From assembly GCF_009914755.1 (NCBI RefSeq), contig NC_060927.1: a stretch of DNA of 64,000 bases, one strand, 5' to 3'. This document shows, piece after piece, positions 42,501 to 57,000 of the stretch (its first letter is position 1; each line of letters begins with the position of its first letter). The stretch comes from the human T2T-CHM13v2.0 reference genome, Homo sapiens. Position numbers and translations under genes: made by a program. The notes under the pieces were generated by a model, which saw nothing but the letters and a program-made list of their open reading frames with translations, searched no databases and was not told where the DNA came from.

Positions 42501-43229
42501 CTGACAGAAATGGACCGTTCCTTTCTTGTCTACAGAGAGGGAAAAGAATTTCAGTATACACCACTCTCACCAGTCTCCAACAACACAGCTCTTGGTGGCA
42601 TTTGGGGCTGCCCTCAATAGGAAGCATGTCATTCTACATACAGAGAATGGTTGGTTTACACAAGACTTCCTGCTGCTGCCATCACCAACAGAGATTCTTA
42701 ATGTAGACATCTAACACATTCTGATCTTGCAGTAAGCTTAGCAAAGATATTTCTGGTAAAAATGTATTCAGCAGCAGAATGACTTCAGCAGTTCATTTAT
42801 CACTTGATATGCCTGTTTTGCAGTTGTGTGGTCCCAGGAATGCTTGCTTACTATGATATTTTATAATAGTTTCCCAAGATTTTTTTTCCTGGACTCTGAA
42901 AAATTGCTATGAAAACCAATAGTGTATCTTTTTTCCTTGGGGGATAAGGTTTGGAAGAAGTAGTAGAAATGGGGTAGAAGCAATTCAGGTTGGGCATATT
43001 TAACCACTCATAAGAAACTTAGTCAATATTAATGGAGGCATAATTGCCAGATCAATTGAAATAATTATCCCTCCATATTCTGCACTGGGAAGACTACATT
43101 TATAGACAGTTTAGAAACACTGGAGTCAGATTTATCACAATTACAATCCCAACTCTGTGGCTTAGACCTAACCTCATAATGACACATGGTTGTTAACCTC
43201 TACTTTATGACTATCTAACATTTAATTAC

Positions 43230-44560
43230 AGTATATTTATATATATATACTGTATATATACACACAAATATATAGAACACACATATATAGAAATATATAC
43301 TGTATGTATATATATTTTTACATATACTGTGTGTATATGTGATATATTATAATCATATATATGATTATGATATATATATCATATATTATATTATAATCAT
43401 ATATATGACATATGATTATAATATATATCATATATTATATTATAATCATATATATGATACATATTATATATCATATATGGTATATAATAATCATATCATA
43501 TATGACATATAATCATATCACATATGATATATTATAATCATATCATATATGATACATATTATCTTATAATCATATAATATGTGATTATATTATCTTATAA
43601 TATATAATATATGATTATATGATTATCATATAATATATATTATATGATTATCATATAATATATATTATATGATTATCATATAATATATATTATATGATTA
43701 TCATATAATATATATTATATGATTATCATATAATATATATTATATGATTATCATATAATATATATTATATGATTATCATATAATATATATTATATATGAT
43801 TATCATATAATATATGATAATATATGATAATATATGATTATATATTATCATATAATATATGATATATGATAATCATATAATATATGATAATATATGATAA
43901 TATATGATTATATATAATATAATATATGATAATATATGATTATATATAATCATATATATAATATATGATTATATATGATTAGATATATAATCACATATAT
44001 ATATGAACATATATATAATATATGATATATATGATTATATATAATCATATATATAATATACGATTATATCATATGGTATATATTATACTGTATATAATAT
44101 ACATAATATATAATATATAATATACATATACATTATATACGTATATAATATACATTATATATTATATACCTATATGAGATAATGTATATATTATATACAT
44201 ATATAATATATTATACTATATATAATATATATACATATATACATATATGATGTATATATTATATACATGTATATATGATGTATATATACACATTATAATA
44301 TATATCATGTATATGATTATAATGTATATCATATATACACACAGTATATATGAAAAAGTCCTAATCTCCCTTCTGTGATCCACCAATCTAAAGCATCTTG
44401 ACTTACTCTATTCCTTTCTCATATACTTTTTGATATTTTTATCTTTAAAGGTACATATATACGAATATACATTACATTATATATTATATATACACAGCAT
44501 ATATATATTTATATATGATTATTCATATATAATATATATTCATATATTTTATATATCTAT
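43230..44560. repeat. About 1.3 kb AT-rich (TA)-based low-complexity tract with a minisatellite core
   Basis: Nearly pure A/T; repeated ATATGATTATCATATAATAT units; interrupted at 44358-44453 by unique-looking sequence. Confidence 0.95.
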
Positions 44561-45563
44561 GAAGGATTACTGAAAAGACTTATAATCATTTATTACTCCA
44601 GATGTTCTAAACTCTACCATTTCTACCATTTATAAGTTAAACAAACAAACAAAGCTCCGGGTATCGAGAACATAAAATTCTTGATTTCCTAGAAAATTGC
44701 CTTTACTGGTCTAGACTTTGGTGTGAGGGCATTGGCTATAGCAAGAAACATTGTAAATAAAAGCCAACTGAAATTTATAATTACATATTTTATAAAAATA
44801 CATTTTCTACATATTCCTCTAGTCCTTTCTCTAAGGATATTTAACAGAAATTCTTTATTCTTAGTACCAGGTCTAGCTGCATTCTTATTTTTAAAAATAA
44901 TTTACATTTTTTCTCTTCTTGGCTTTACGAATTAATAACTGACCATTGTCGCATTGCTAAGAATATCCATACTCTGTGGTCATCTATAGCAAGTGCACAA
45001 TTATTATTATTTATTTTTTTGCTAGTCTCATTACTAACTTCATTTTACATTCTCAGTCATAAATATTCTTTCCTGCTTTTTACCTATTTTTTTTCACATT
45101 TAAGCTATGCAGTTGCACTTAAGCATTTAAGCCTGGAAAATGGTCTGAAATGCTTTCTGAATCAAATTGAGGAATAAATGAATAAATAGATACATAGCTT
45201 TGGTAAATGGCTATGTATGAGTGATCTTGAGCAATTTAACTGCTTTCTCTAAACATATTTTGTTACATGTGAAATAGGAATACTAATTACCTTATATATT
45301 CTTTTGAGAATTCAAATGATATAACATCTTAAGTGCAAATGCAGTGTCTGGCATCTAGTAAATTCTTAATAAAAGTTAATTGTATCTGAATTTATATTTA
45401 GTCCTGGAGGTAACATTTTAAAAGATCCACTGATAAAGTGTAACCAAAGGACAATAACAGCAACCGATGATTTTTCATGGGGAAAAATGGAATAGCAATA
45501 CTATAACAAGATTCCATTTTTAAAAAAATAGAACAAAACTCCAAAAGAGACATCTGTGTGCTT

Positions 45564-45565
<2 letters not shown>

Positions 45566-45595
<30 letters not shown>
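45566..45595. repeat. (GT)n microsatellite
   Basis: About 15 GT units. Confidence 0.95.
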
Positions 45596-45598
<3 letters not shown>

Positions 45599-45924
45599 AG
45601 CATGTTTGAATAAGCAAAGATGACATCATAGAAGAATTAAACTCAAACTACTGACTGAGGTTACCTTGTGAGACTGGAAGGCAGCAGAGAGGACTTTACA
45701 TTTTAATTCATACATATTTTTAAATGGAAAAATTGGAGAAACCACTGAAAATTTCTAGATGCTTTCTTCCGATTTCTAATTTTTTCTCTATTTATTACTT
45801 TAATCAAATACCTAAATATTACATTAAAATGAATTACTGAAGGAGGAATGCAGATAAAAATATGAGGAGTCTGGAAATCATTTTATAATAGGAAAAACAC
45901 TGAGGACATTTTGTGTAAAGCTGA

Positions 45925-46030
45925 GATAAAGGAGGAATTATGGCTGTCTTCAAATATTTGAAGGACTCTCATGTGGAGAATAATTTACGCTTATTCTACA
46001 ATGCTCCAAAGGATGGAATAGTGTCTTGAT
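45925..46030 (+). mobile_element. L3/CR1 fragment
   Basis: 'atggctgtcttcaaatatttgaagg...catgtgga'. Confidence 0.55.
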
Positions 46031-48464
46031 AAAAGAAGTAACAATTTAGTCAGAGTAAAGGAAATCTTGAATGAGCTGCTACTCAATATTAGCTTTAAGA
46101 TGTCACATGTTTGTCTTTCAGGGGTGTTATATTTAAGTGAAAATTGCTAAGGTAGATCTAATTAGATTCTGAAATAACATCTACACTGCTATTTTTTTAC
46201 AAGATGAAAAATATCTATTTGTTTTATTATAAGAAAGTTTGCTAAATGAATCAACAAACATTCATTGAGTAAATAGTACATTCCAGATAATATGCTACCC
46301 ATTAGGGATAAGCAGTTAATTAAGATGTATGTGATCCTTTGAGGAGCTATGGTCCAATTATAAAGACATTCACAAATAGATAATTTTAATAATACAATTA
46401 TTGTCAGGCTAGAAATATATACAAGGCACTATGAAAGCATAGCAAAGAGAACAACAAACTTAGATTAAAGAGGAATTTCCTATTAGGTATTGATAACATT
46501 TTTTTTGGAATGTTATTATCTGATTTTTAAACACAAATCAGTACATAAGTAACATTTGCAACAGTTTGACTTTGAACATAATCTGGATATAGTTATACTT
46601 CTAAACTATTATATAGATAAGAATAGATTTTTGTAGCATCCCAAGCCATTCAAATGAGCCCATTAGAAATTTAGAAATGCTTAAAAATCAAGAAAAATTA
46701 AAGACCTTTCAGTAAGGTGAAAGGCTTGACTACAGGGTAATTGCAAAGGAGGCAATGATGCAATTCCAATTTTGAACGTTATAAATTATGCAAGTGATTT
46801 CAACAGCAGGGGGGTTATTTGTCCTGATGTGAAGATGTTGCAAAGCTCATGAATTTCAAATCTGTAAATTAAGAACAAAGGATTTAGAGCTTAGTTAGAA
46901 GCAAATGAAAGACAAGTTATGCCAACAGAGGTCAATGCTATGGCTCCCTCTGACTGTTAGGGATTGTTCAGTGTTACCCTCTTTTCACACTCCACTCCAA
47001 AAGGGGAAAAGTGCTGATGGATCAGGTCCAAGAACATAGGTGACTGAGGTGACAAGGGTCTGAGTATTTGGAGATGTTATTTAAAAATAGGTTGAAAGCT
47101 CTTGCAACTGCCTGTTGTGATGTGTTTAAAGGGGGCACATTGGATCCTGTCTCGTAATTTTCTTTTTGTTTCGCTTTCCTCTTTGCTCCCAACTAGCTAG
47201 AGATGTAAGAAGTATCTCCTGTAAGTTCTGCACAGGTAACTTAGCCTAGTTTTACATTTTGACAGATCATACCATAGCTCTTCAAGGAACCCTGATGTTT
47301 TCCATGATATTGACTATTATAATTTGTTTTACATTTCATTTATTCAAAATGTGCCAGAAAACTCAATAATTAATTTTAAGTCTTTATTTTCAATATAACT
47401 AAAAATAGTAGATAAAATAATCCCACTTGCTGTTTTGGTCTGCTTCCTTTTAAGTACTATACTATCAGTTCTACCAATTGTATCAGCTATTTCAGATTGT
47501 CAAAGAAAAGAAAAAAGTATTGACCCAAAAAAAGGTCAATCTAATATTCACACAGACATTACCGGTATTCGACACCATATGGCTCTTTGTGTTTGCATTT
47601 TTCCCTCATATTTCATTCCAGCAGAATCCTAATATACCACAGCCAAAATAGATGGAACAAAAATGGTTCATCAATGAAATTGCATTAGGAAAGCTGTATT
47701 TTAGACATTTAGTAAGTGGACAAGTTCAGTAACAGAGTCAGATTCCTGAAACAACTGGAATTTGATGCAGATGAATGCCAGATCAATAGGCTTTTAAATC
47801 ACAGAGAAGTTGGAAAGCAGCAAGTGAAATTGAAGTGGTTCTTTGTTTAAGTTACCTTTTTCTGTCATTATATATTTTTCTTCAGTTATTGGAAATCACT
47901 ATAGACATCTTTTTGAGCATAAAAATGCAAATGTGTGCTTTTTAGTTCATCATATTCTTATGAAGTTTGATTAAAAGTTTTTTTTCAAATGTGTGGTTTT
48001 GTAATCCTGTGTTGTTCTATTAGCCTGGCTTTAATAGATATCTTTAAAAAGCTTACTATCACAAAAAGAAATGTAGCTATTTTGTGTTATGCTCATAATT
48101 ATTGAATTGTTTGTTTCAATTTGTGAATTTTTTCTATGACATATTATATCCCATGGCCACCTTGTTTCATCATTACAATACTTTTTTAGCAGTACACTGG
48201 ATTAAGTCAACTTTACCTTGATTTTATTTCCTTGCCTGTAAATCCTAAGCACAATTTAAAAAATGCTTCTGAAAGATCAAATACTTTCCGCAATAATTTA
48301 TTGCTATTGGGGAAATTTGTGCTTGCAAACTTCAATATAATATTTTGCGACCGTAAAAGTCAAACACCAATAATAATGGCATAAGCTGAATAGGGGGTAG
48401 AACAAGGATGTGCAAAGTCATCTTCAAAAGTCTCATGATGTTAGAGCATTCACTTAGGTTCCCT

Positions 48465-49050
48465 TTTTAAAAAAATTTTGGTTAAATATGCTTAACAAAA
48501 TTTATCGACCTAACCATTTCTAAGTATACAGTTCAGTGTTATTAAGTAGAATCATGATGTTGTGCAATCATCACCGCCATCCATCTCCTTCACACTTTTC
48601 AGCTTGTAAAATGGCAACTCTATACTCATAAACCATAACTCCCCACTGTCCCCTCCCTCCAGCTCCTGGCAAGCACCATTCCACTTTCTGTCCCCATGAT
48701 TTTGACTACTATGCTAGGTGACTCATATAAGTGCAATCACACAGTATTTTCTTTTTGTGATTGGTTTATTTCACTTAGCTTAATGTCTTCAAAGTTGATT
48801 GATACTGTACCATATATCTGAATTTTCTTCCTTTTTAAGGCTGAATAATATTACATTGTATGTTTATATCATATTTTGCTTATCCATTCATTTGTCCATG
48901 GATACTTCAGTTGTTTCCATGTTTTACCTAGTGTGAATAATGCTACTATGAACATGGATGTTACAAATATTTCTTCAAGACTCTGCTTTCAAATCTTTTG
49001 GGTACATACCCAGAAGTGGAATTGCTTGTACATGTACATGTGGTAATTTT
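48465..49050 (-). mobile_element. L1MB 3' end
   Basis: 'taaccatttctaagtatacagttcagtg...ttgtgcaatcatcacc...atacccagaagtggaattgct'. Confidence 0.85.
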
Positions 49051-52000
49051 TTAAAATATATATTCTCATTACTTTTGATATAACAATTTGTCTTTCCTAA
49101 TTGTCTGCTGTGACAAATAATCTTCTCTGGTGTGTCTTCTGCTGGCTTCTCATTCACTTTGTTTTTGTTCCTCTTTTCCTTTCATTTATAGATTAAAAAT
49201 TCAACTTGCTTTGCAAAAACTTTTTAAAATATCTGTTTAAATCTTTAATGCACAAAAAGACAGCAACTGAGCTGCGTCTTAAATTTTATAGATTGATGTC
49301 TTAGAAACTACCAACTTAGCCCACTGGAAAACGTCACTGGTATCCTTTATGATGTGGCCAAAATTGGGGAATTTTTCCTTGTATTTGTCAGACTTAATTG
49401 ACTGTCATGAAAGCAATGAACTGGAATGTGTCAGGATACCAAGAGACAGCGATCAAAGGCTAAAATTTGTTTTTTATTGTTGTTGTTCCTTTTACCCCCG
49501 CAAAGAGGGCAACATTAAGCAACAGAGACACATTGTCAATGCCAATCTTCTGTTTGTGTTGCTAAAATTTATTAATTTTTTTATAATTTGATACCCAAGA
49601 AGTTGAAGAAACAAACCAAAAGAATGTTGTCCCATGCCCAAAGTCAGCCTCAATGGGCCTGAGTGGGTAATTATTTCAAAGAAAAGATGGGTTCTGGCCC
49701 TTTTTTTAACCCTTTAGATATATAAAAGAACGGCAGTAATGATATCCAACTGTGTGTTTCTTTTACATATACTGCAATGATCTAATGAGCCCATTTAGAA
49801 AAGCAGCAATTTCTAAATTTTGTAGTACTTTCTTACCGTCAGTACCTCAATACGTTTGATGAGAAGGTATGAACTATTTGCAATTTGAAGCAATCATACA
49901 TTTGATTAAAATTGATAATCACAAGAAGGGTTTTATATCAGGTAAAATTTGACTTACTGAAAATAAGTCCCCAATACATAAATTTACGAAGAGATCTTCA
50001 TTCTTTATGAGCATTATCTGAAGTTTTATCTTTACTCTTCAATGAGACTATGGGCACGGTCTCAGATCATGAAAACATAGCTTAGGTTATACAAAAAAAA
50101 ATTCTGTTTGAAATATAAGTGCTTATGTACAGTGAACATCCTCCTTAATATTGTTAGTTTACAAAGAAAACTGTGTTAAGCTTTGAAAACTTAGGATTTT
50201 TTATCAAAAGACCTGGTTTCAATTCCCAGCCAGCCAATTATAAGCGATGTAGCAGAGGGCAAATAAAATATGATCTCTGAGCTTCAATTTTCACATCTGT
50301 AATAACATGTCACAGAGTTGTTTAAAAAAGCATTGAAAATACAGATAAAGGTTTATTTGTATTTTTTACATGTTAACTCAGCATCTAGAAGAGTCAGGTA
50401 CTATAGCAGGAACTGCGGGGAGTGGAGGGGCTGAAGTCTACATGCTTGAAGTCTGTATTCTGGGAGAGACAGATGTATAAACCTCAATGTAAGGTGTTTG
50501 TGTTGTAACTGAAGAAAAATCTAAATGCTGGGAGACCTCTCAGTAGAGAGAGACAAGCTCTGTCTTTGGATGTCAGAGGAAATTTCATTTAAAGGCAATA
50601 TTTGGGTCTTGAAAGGAAAAAGTTTGCTGGCAGAGCAAGGACTCACAGTGGAATAAACACCACATGTACATGTAGGAGGAGGGAGGGTAACAGAGCAAGC
50701 AGTGTTAAGGAAAACTTGAGAGTCTTGTGTGGATGGAACATAGAGTTGGTGGGAGAATGGTAGCTGATGAGGCTTAAAAGCTTCACCAGGAACAGATTGT
50801 AAAGGGTCATGAAACATAAAGACTTCTAGATTTGACAAGGATACTAACGAGCTATGGCTCTTCGTGAAAGAAATGCTTTAGAAAAACTAGTCTAGCTGTA
50901 ACATGAAGAATCATCTGCTGTTCTCAAGGCTAGGGTCATGGATAGCAAATAGTAGCCACTGCAGCAATTCACGTATGTGTCGATGAGGTCAGAAATAAAG
51001 GACAGAGGCCAGTGTTTGTAACTGAATGATGTATTTGGCTTGGGACACATTTAATTTAAATGATTATATTAGGTAGGTTAAGGAATGAGTGCTTGGGGAA
51101 ATAGTGGCTTGCTCCATTGAAACATTTTACAGTAAAATTTTTCAACATTAATTTTCAACATTTAATTAACAAGTATCTTTTGCTATAGAATGAAATCAAA
51201 GCTCTGTATACAAAGACTTCCATTACCTCTATTTCTGCAGCATCATCTCTAGTTTGTATCTAGGTTTCAATAATCTAGAAGTAATTCCTCAAATGGCTGA
51301 TGCTCTTTCTAGCCTCTATACCTTTGCATGCTCCGCTTCCTATGCCTAAATGCCTGAGTTTCTCCTTCATACCCTCATTATTGAGACTATTGTGATAATG
51401 TAAACTCTATTTGACTGTGTCTAAATCTGTTTCCCAACTCTGGCACATGACAGGCACACAAGAACATTTTAATGAATAACAAATAAACAAGGTATAAAGC
51501 ATTGCAATGGAACATATTTGTTCAAAGAAGTTCTGTCTTTTGGCAAATATTTGTCCCAACAATCTCCAAGTTAGTAGGATAGGGTTCTGAGTGGAGTCAG
51601 TATACTAGAACACTACTGATTTACAGTGTGAGCCTTTTTTCCAAGCATAATGGCAAGGGGGTAATCCAAATTTCATAATTATAAACCTGTACAAAAATTT
51701 TAAAATCACAGTGTTTTATTAAAATGCCTCTTAATTTTTAGACTATTCTTTTACATTTTATGCAACTCACATTTTTAGACTAACAGGTACATATTCTGTA
51801 TGAAATGTAATAAAAAAGAAGGCTCCATCTATGTTTTGACAACATGAAATATAAAGATTTTTATTTAATCTTTTTTTGACATCCCTGCCCTCATCATCTT
51901 CACTGACATGCACAGGGCAGCATCGTTTGAGCATGATCAAGAAAACGAGGCCCAGAAATACCAAAGTTAATGCTATTACTGTACATTAAAAGAATTACCT

Positions 52001-52253
52001 CACCATCAAATGATTTTTTTGTTCTCTTCCTGACCACCTGAATGAATAAAGCAGGATAATGACATTCTCATTATTTTAGGAACACATTTGCATTCGTAAT
52101 GAAAAAGTCCCTAAAGGGCACAGACACCATAGAGGCGACTATCTGAATTAATTAAAATTGTTTGCCTGATTAAATAGAAAATGCAAGTGTAAACTTCATA
52201 TCAGAGAAAGTTTCTCTCTTTTCATGAAAACACAAGAATAAACTATTTTTAGC

Positions 52254-52345
52254 AAAAAGCCTTACAAGATTAAACTTTAGAAAAAATATGTTTCCATTAA
52301 AAAAGCCTTGCAAGATTAAACTTTAGAAAATAAAATATGTTTCCA
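52254..52345. repeat. Tandem duplication, unit about 45 bp
   Basis: aaaaagccttRcaagattaaactttagaaaa(...)aatatgtttcca occurs twice. Confidence 0.9.
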
Positions 52346-54684
52346 CATTTTTGTCTACCTTAAAAAACCGACTCTCTTATTGGCCAACAAAAATAAAATA
52401 CCCATATACTATATTTTATATGTTCTAAATTCTTCAGTAGTTGATCAATTGAATCCACATAAAATAAGATTCTTTAAAATGTAAACACGTTTATCTCAAA
52501 ATTTAAAAAATGCATTTAATATCTTAAAACTTTTTATAAATAACTCCTCTAAATGGGTAAAAATTTATTATTTTTAAAAATAAATACAAGGGTATCAACA
52601 TAAAGAACCATTTGCTCCTTATGTAGAACATTCCCCTCAACATCAGAAAGCAATCAAACACACATCTTTCTCACTTTAAGAAAGTTTTCATGTGTGCAAA
52701 TCAATTCAAATGAGCTATTAATGTAATATTTAATAGAGCCATTAAAATGTGAATTATCTTGAAGTGATTGTATTACTTTTCCAGTGTTTTCCCAATACAG
52801 TTGCAGCCACAAGGACAAGATATGTATGTGAAGGTAACTATTGTTCCCAGAAACACAAGCTTTGATAGAAAGAATCATAAAATAAAACTACACAACATAT
52901 ATCCTTCTAAAATAACTCCGTAGGAGAACAGGTTCATTTTTACTTTGATCTACTGTTATTATGAGAAAGTGGATTGAGGTGACAGTGTGCAGTGCTGATT
53001 CAGACCTAATTCAGCAGTATGGAGTAAAGTAATACACTGCAAAGACATTGCTTAGTAATAGTAGAAAATAGAGTCAAGAAGAATCTTGAAAAGTGTACAG
53101 ATGTAGTCCTTGACACTATGTTATGTAGCCTTCTAACAACACCCACATAGTTTTCCTTCCTTTCTCTGATCACTTTTAGTGTTAGTAGTCATAAATAGGA
53201 TTTGATTATATTTCAAATCGCATTTCTTAAACTATTTCATTGTTTCAATCTTGTCTTCCCAAATAAGGTTGAAACCAGCAAGAGTAGCAGTGTGCACACA
53301 TGTGTATGTATGTGTAGTTTTTTCCCAACCCTAATCTACAGAGTTTTTACACATATTCACACACTCACACCACATATGTATTTCTAAAAATCACAGTCAC
53401 ATTTTCGTGAATTATAAAATTTTGACACTGCCTTTTATTTACTTTTCTCTTCGCTTCTTTAACTTTCTGCCCTTATACTTGCTAAAACTTGTGTCTTAAT
53501 CAGAATGCCAAGATCATGCATATCACCATAACAAATAAGAAAATCAAAGCTTACTGAATTTTCAGTGTAATTAGGGTAAAAATACCATAATACTCTGTGT
53601 TTTTTATAAAATAGCCATTGAGGTCAGCTCACATAGAATCATACCAGAAGTATCAGTAAGGGGGCAAACTAATTTATTGGTGTAGCTCTGTATTTCAATG
53701 GCTTAATAGATACTTTAACAGCCCGTTATACTACAGAGTGGTATCAACATGCAGGGCATATGTGCTTGTTTACCTTACACTGATACAGAAAACTCACATA
53801 TCTTGTGAATTTAATCTCTAAAACCAGTAAAATGATTTTACGGTGTTGAAATGACTTGTCAAAAATTGAAATTTTGTGTAGAAACTTTTCCCTTGTCTAA
53901 CATCAATTTATTAGCTGATATGTTTTCCCGACTACATTGTTTTTTAATACTGAGGGGACCCATTTTATCAATACAGCTTAAAGATGGTTCCATAACCAAA
54001 TATCTATATTTTTATCTAATTGCTGCCCAGAGGCTTCAGTGGTAGACGTGTTAGCAAGGGAACAAAGAACATTAAAGATATGTTCTGGAGGAGATAATTA
54101 TGTAAGACAGAGGGGATTTGGGCAAAAAATAACAACATGAAACAGAAGTGCCAGTTGAAATTCAGGAAAAGCGTTAGATGAATTCACGAAGAGGAGGAAA
54201 TGTCTGCTTCCAGTAGGTATCCAAGGGAGTTTTATTGGGGTGATGATGTTTGCTGTAAGTAATATAAGCCATGATGTGGTGAATCGCAAGTAAAGAAAAC
54301 TTCATTTAACAATATAGTACAGACGTGGCAAATCATGGAGGAATGATTAGTTCAATGACTTTCAGCAACAGATGCAGAAAAAGAAATAAGAAAGTAAAAC
54401 TACAAAGACAAAGAACTGTGAAGGAGGGTAATAAATGTTACTCTAAAATCTTGTGCGTATTCTGTAGGGAAGTAAAGGTGGTTAGATAATGTAATGGTAT
54501 CAATAGAATTATACTTCAGAGACTGTAATGTATCAGCAAATTATAAGATCAATTGGAAAGGGTGACATTAGGAAAGGACATAAACTTAGCAAGTTATGAG
54601 TCTATGTAAGCTATTGTTGAGTACAGAGGAGGATCATAGAGCAAGATATTATGTAAAATCATAATGTGCTGACACCAATATTAA

Positions 54685-54935
54685 TGCAATAACTAACATT
54701 TATTAAACCTTTATTATGCATAGGCCCTGGGTTAAGTACACCACATGGATTATTTTATTTAATCATCACTAAACTGTGATTACTACCTATAGGTGGTAAT
54801 GTTATGTACATCATACAGATGGGGAAATGCAGGTTCTTAGAGGTTAAATAACTTGACCAAGTTCTCATATCCAGTAATAAAAGGAGCCAAGATTCGAGTC
54901 TAAGCTTTCCGACTCCAAACCCATGTTATTAACAA
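54685..54935 (-). mobile_element. MIR
   Basis: 'taacatttatt...tacagatggggaaa...agaggttaaataacttgaccaag...gactccaaa'. Confidence 0.75.
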
Positions 54936-55879
54936 TCACAAATTGTTCTAAGAAATAAAAGAAGGAAAAATCAAGGATGACAGAGATCTGAGGCAGGGTG
55001 ACTGGAAAAAGAGCTGTGCCATTAATAGATATTGGAACATGGATGAAAGTATTTCTTTTCAGGAAGCTTTGGCCTGTGCAGGCCTACTTTCAAACTAACT
55101 GATTTGACCTTCTATCTAAGAAATATACCCAAGCAGTGGACCTGCTGAGAGCATTGACAGGCAGAGGGAAAGGCCCTCACGTGGGCTGACTGCTGGTAGG
55201 GGAGCACAGAAAATATGATTATAGTTCATTTTCATGCCTGCCAAGAGGAAGTGACATAATTTCCATTTACAGATGAAGACAAGGACTTTTTGATGCTAGA
55301 CAGCTTACCCAAAGTTATTTAGCTAGTGACTGATAAAGACAAAATTCTATTCTGCATCACCTTCTTGCCAGAGTCCAATTCCTTTTCAGAATATTCGGAT
55401 CCAGATAGTTTAATAAATCTGCTAACTGAATCTTCAATCACAGTGAACTTTCAAAAGAATCTTTAAAGGGCACTACTTCAAAAATAGAAACTTATTGGCT
55501 CATTGTTAAACTATAATTCTTTCATAATAATTATCTTAAATATCAATAAATGTCTACATGATTTTTTTTTGCTAGGCAACTATTTCCAAACGCTGTCTTC
55601 TTTCAAGACACGACTTTCCACATCTACAGTTCACTAAATGTACTCTCAAATGTCTATAATGACCTGCTAAATTCTGCAATCCCACAAACTCTTCTCATAG
55701 CTCATCTTCTTTGACTTCTCTGCTGACCACACCCTCCTTCTTGTCATGCCTCCTTGGATTTCATAGCACTACCCCTTTTCTCTTCACCTCTTTATCTTTT
55801 CATTCTTAGTGTTCTCAACTCCTACATCCTTTCCTAACAACTACTCTGATATAATCCTTCCTATTCATCTTTTCCTTTT

Positions 55880-55937
55880 CTACTCTCTTTTCATGCTGTA
55901 ACAGCCCACTACACTCTTTTCATGCTGTAAGAGCCCA
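55880..55937. repeat. Tandem duplication, period 29 bp
   Basis: ctacWctcttttcatgctgtaaSagccca occurs twice. Confidence 0.85.
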
Positions 55938-56724
55938 TTTACTTCAATACATTCTATCCCAAGAAATATATCTCCAAATTTTATCTACTAGCCAAATGTC
56001 TGTTCTAGATTTCAAGATGTAGCTTCTTGGGTGTATTACTCTAACCTGTTGCCTTCTCCTGGGTTCCTATCTTAATAGCATCAATTGCCTCTCAATTATT
56101 TTAAAGCCAATGTCTATGTGCCTTTCTCCATGACCTTTTCCATCTAGTAAGTTGCTAAATCCTTTCAGTTTGAACTCTCCAATATCTTTCACGATAAGAA
56201 AAATATAATAGTGATAAAGACAGTATGAACTACCCACATCAATACCACAATTATTGAGTGTTTATTTTGAATTAAAACTGCGCTAAGCATTTTCCTCATA
56301 GGATATCATTTAATCCCCACAATTCCATTACAGTGAAAACAATTGAGGTAAGGAAACTGAAGAGACTCAAAGAACACTTGCCCTTGATCATAAAATTGGG
56401 AAAAGGCAGATACACTATTCAAAATAAGGTGTAACTATCTGGTCATGAAACCCTCTGCTCTGCAGCTGCATCCTTTCCATTCCCACTGCTAGTGACTCAG
56501 TTTGTCCTTCATCATGTCTTCTCTGAACTAATGCCAGAGCCTCCCTGCCTCTAACTGTGGCCCTTCCCTTTAACTGTTGCAATACATCTATCTTCATAAA
56601 AGCGGGTTAAAACAATTTTTTTTTCATCAGAAATCTTCTTCAAGCCCTAAAATAAATGACAAGCTTTGAGTGTAGGTAAGACTTCCTGGGCTGGGTAGCC
56701 AAAACATTTTCCTAGTAACTCAAT

Positions 56725-57000
56725 TTCTTTACTTATTCAAAAAACATTGAAAAAGTTTTTTGTATGTGTTGTGTGTGTGTGTGTGTGTGTGTGCCAGACC
56801 CTAATCCTTTACCGATATTACACAATTAATCCTCAAACAATCCATGATGGAAATGCTTTTTTCCTCCATTTTACCAAGTAAAGAATTGAGCACAAGGAAG
56901 TCAGGTCAATTGTCCTATGGCACAAAGCTAGTAGCTAGTGCCTCTGGGCGTCAATCAAACCTCTGCAGTCTAGCTCCGGAGCCCATGCTCTTAGCCCTCA
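56725..57000 (-). mobile_element. MIR containing (TG)n at ~56771-56793
   Basis: 'taatcctcaaacaatccatga...ctccattttac...ctccggagcccatgctcttagcc'. Confidence 0.65.

Noticed and set aside
43615-43815. CRISPR-like regular repeats
   Set aside because: No unique spacers and a eukaryotic context; it is a minisatellite
46800-46940. CTCF-like motifs (cagcagggggg; ccaacagaggtca)
   Set aside because: Only partial matches to the consensus; not supportable from sequence alone
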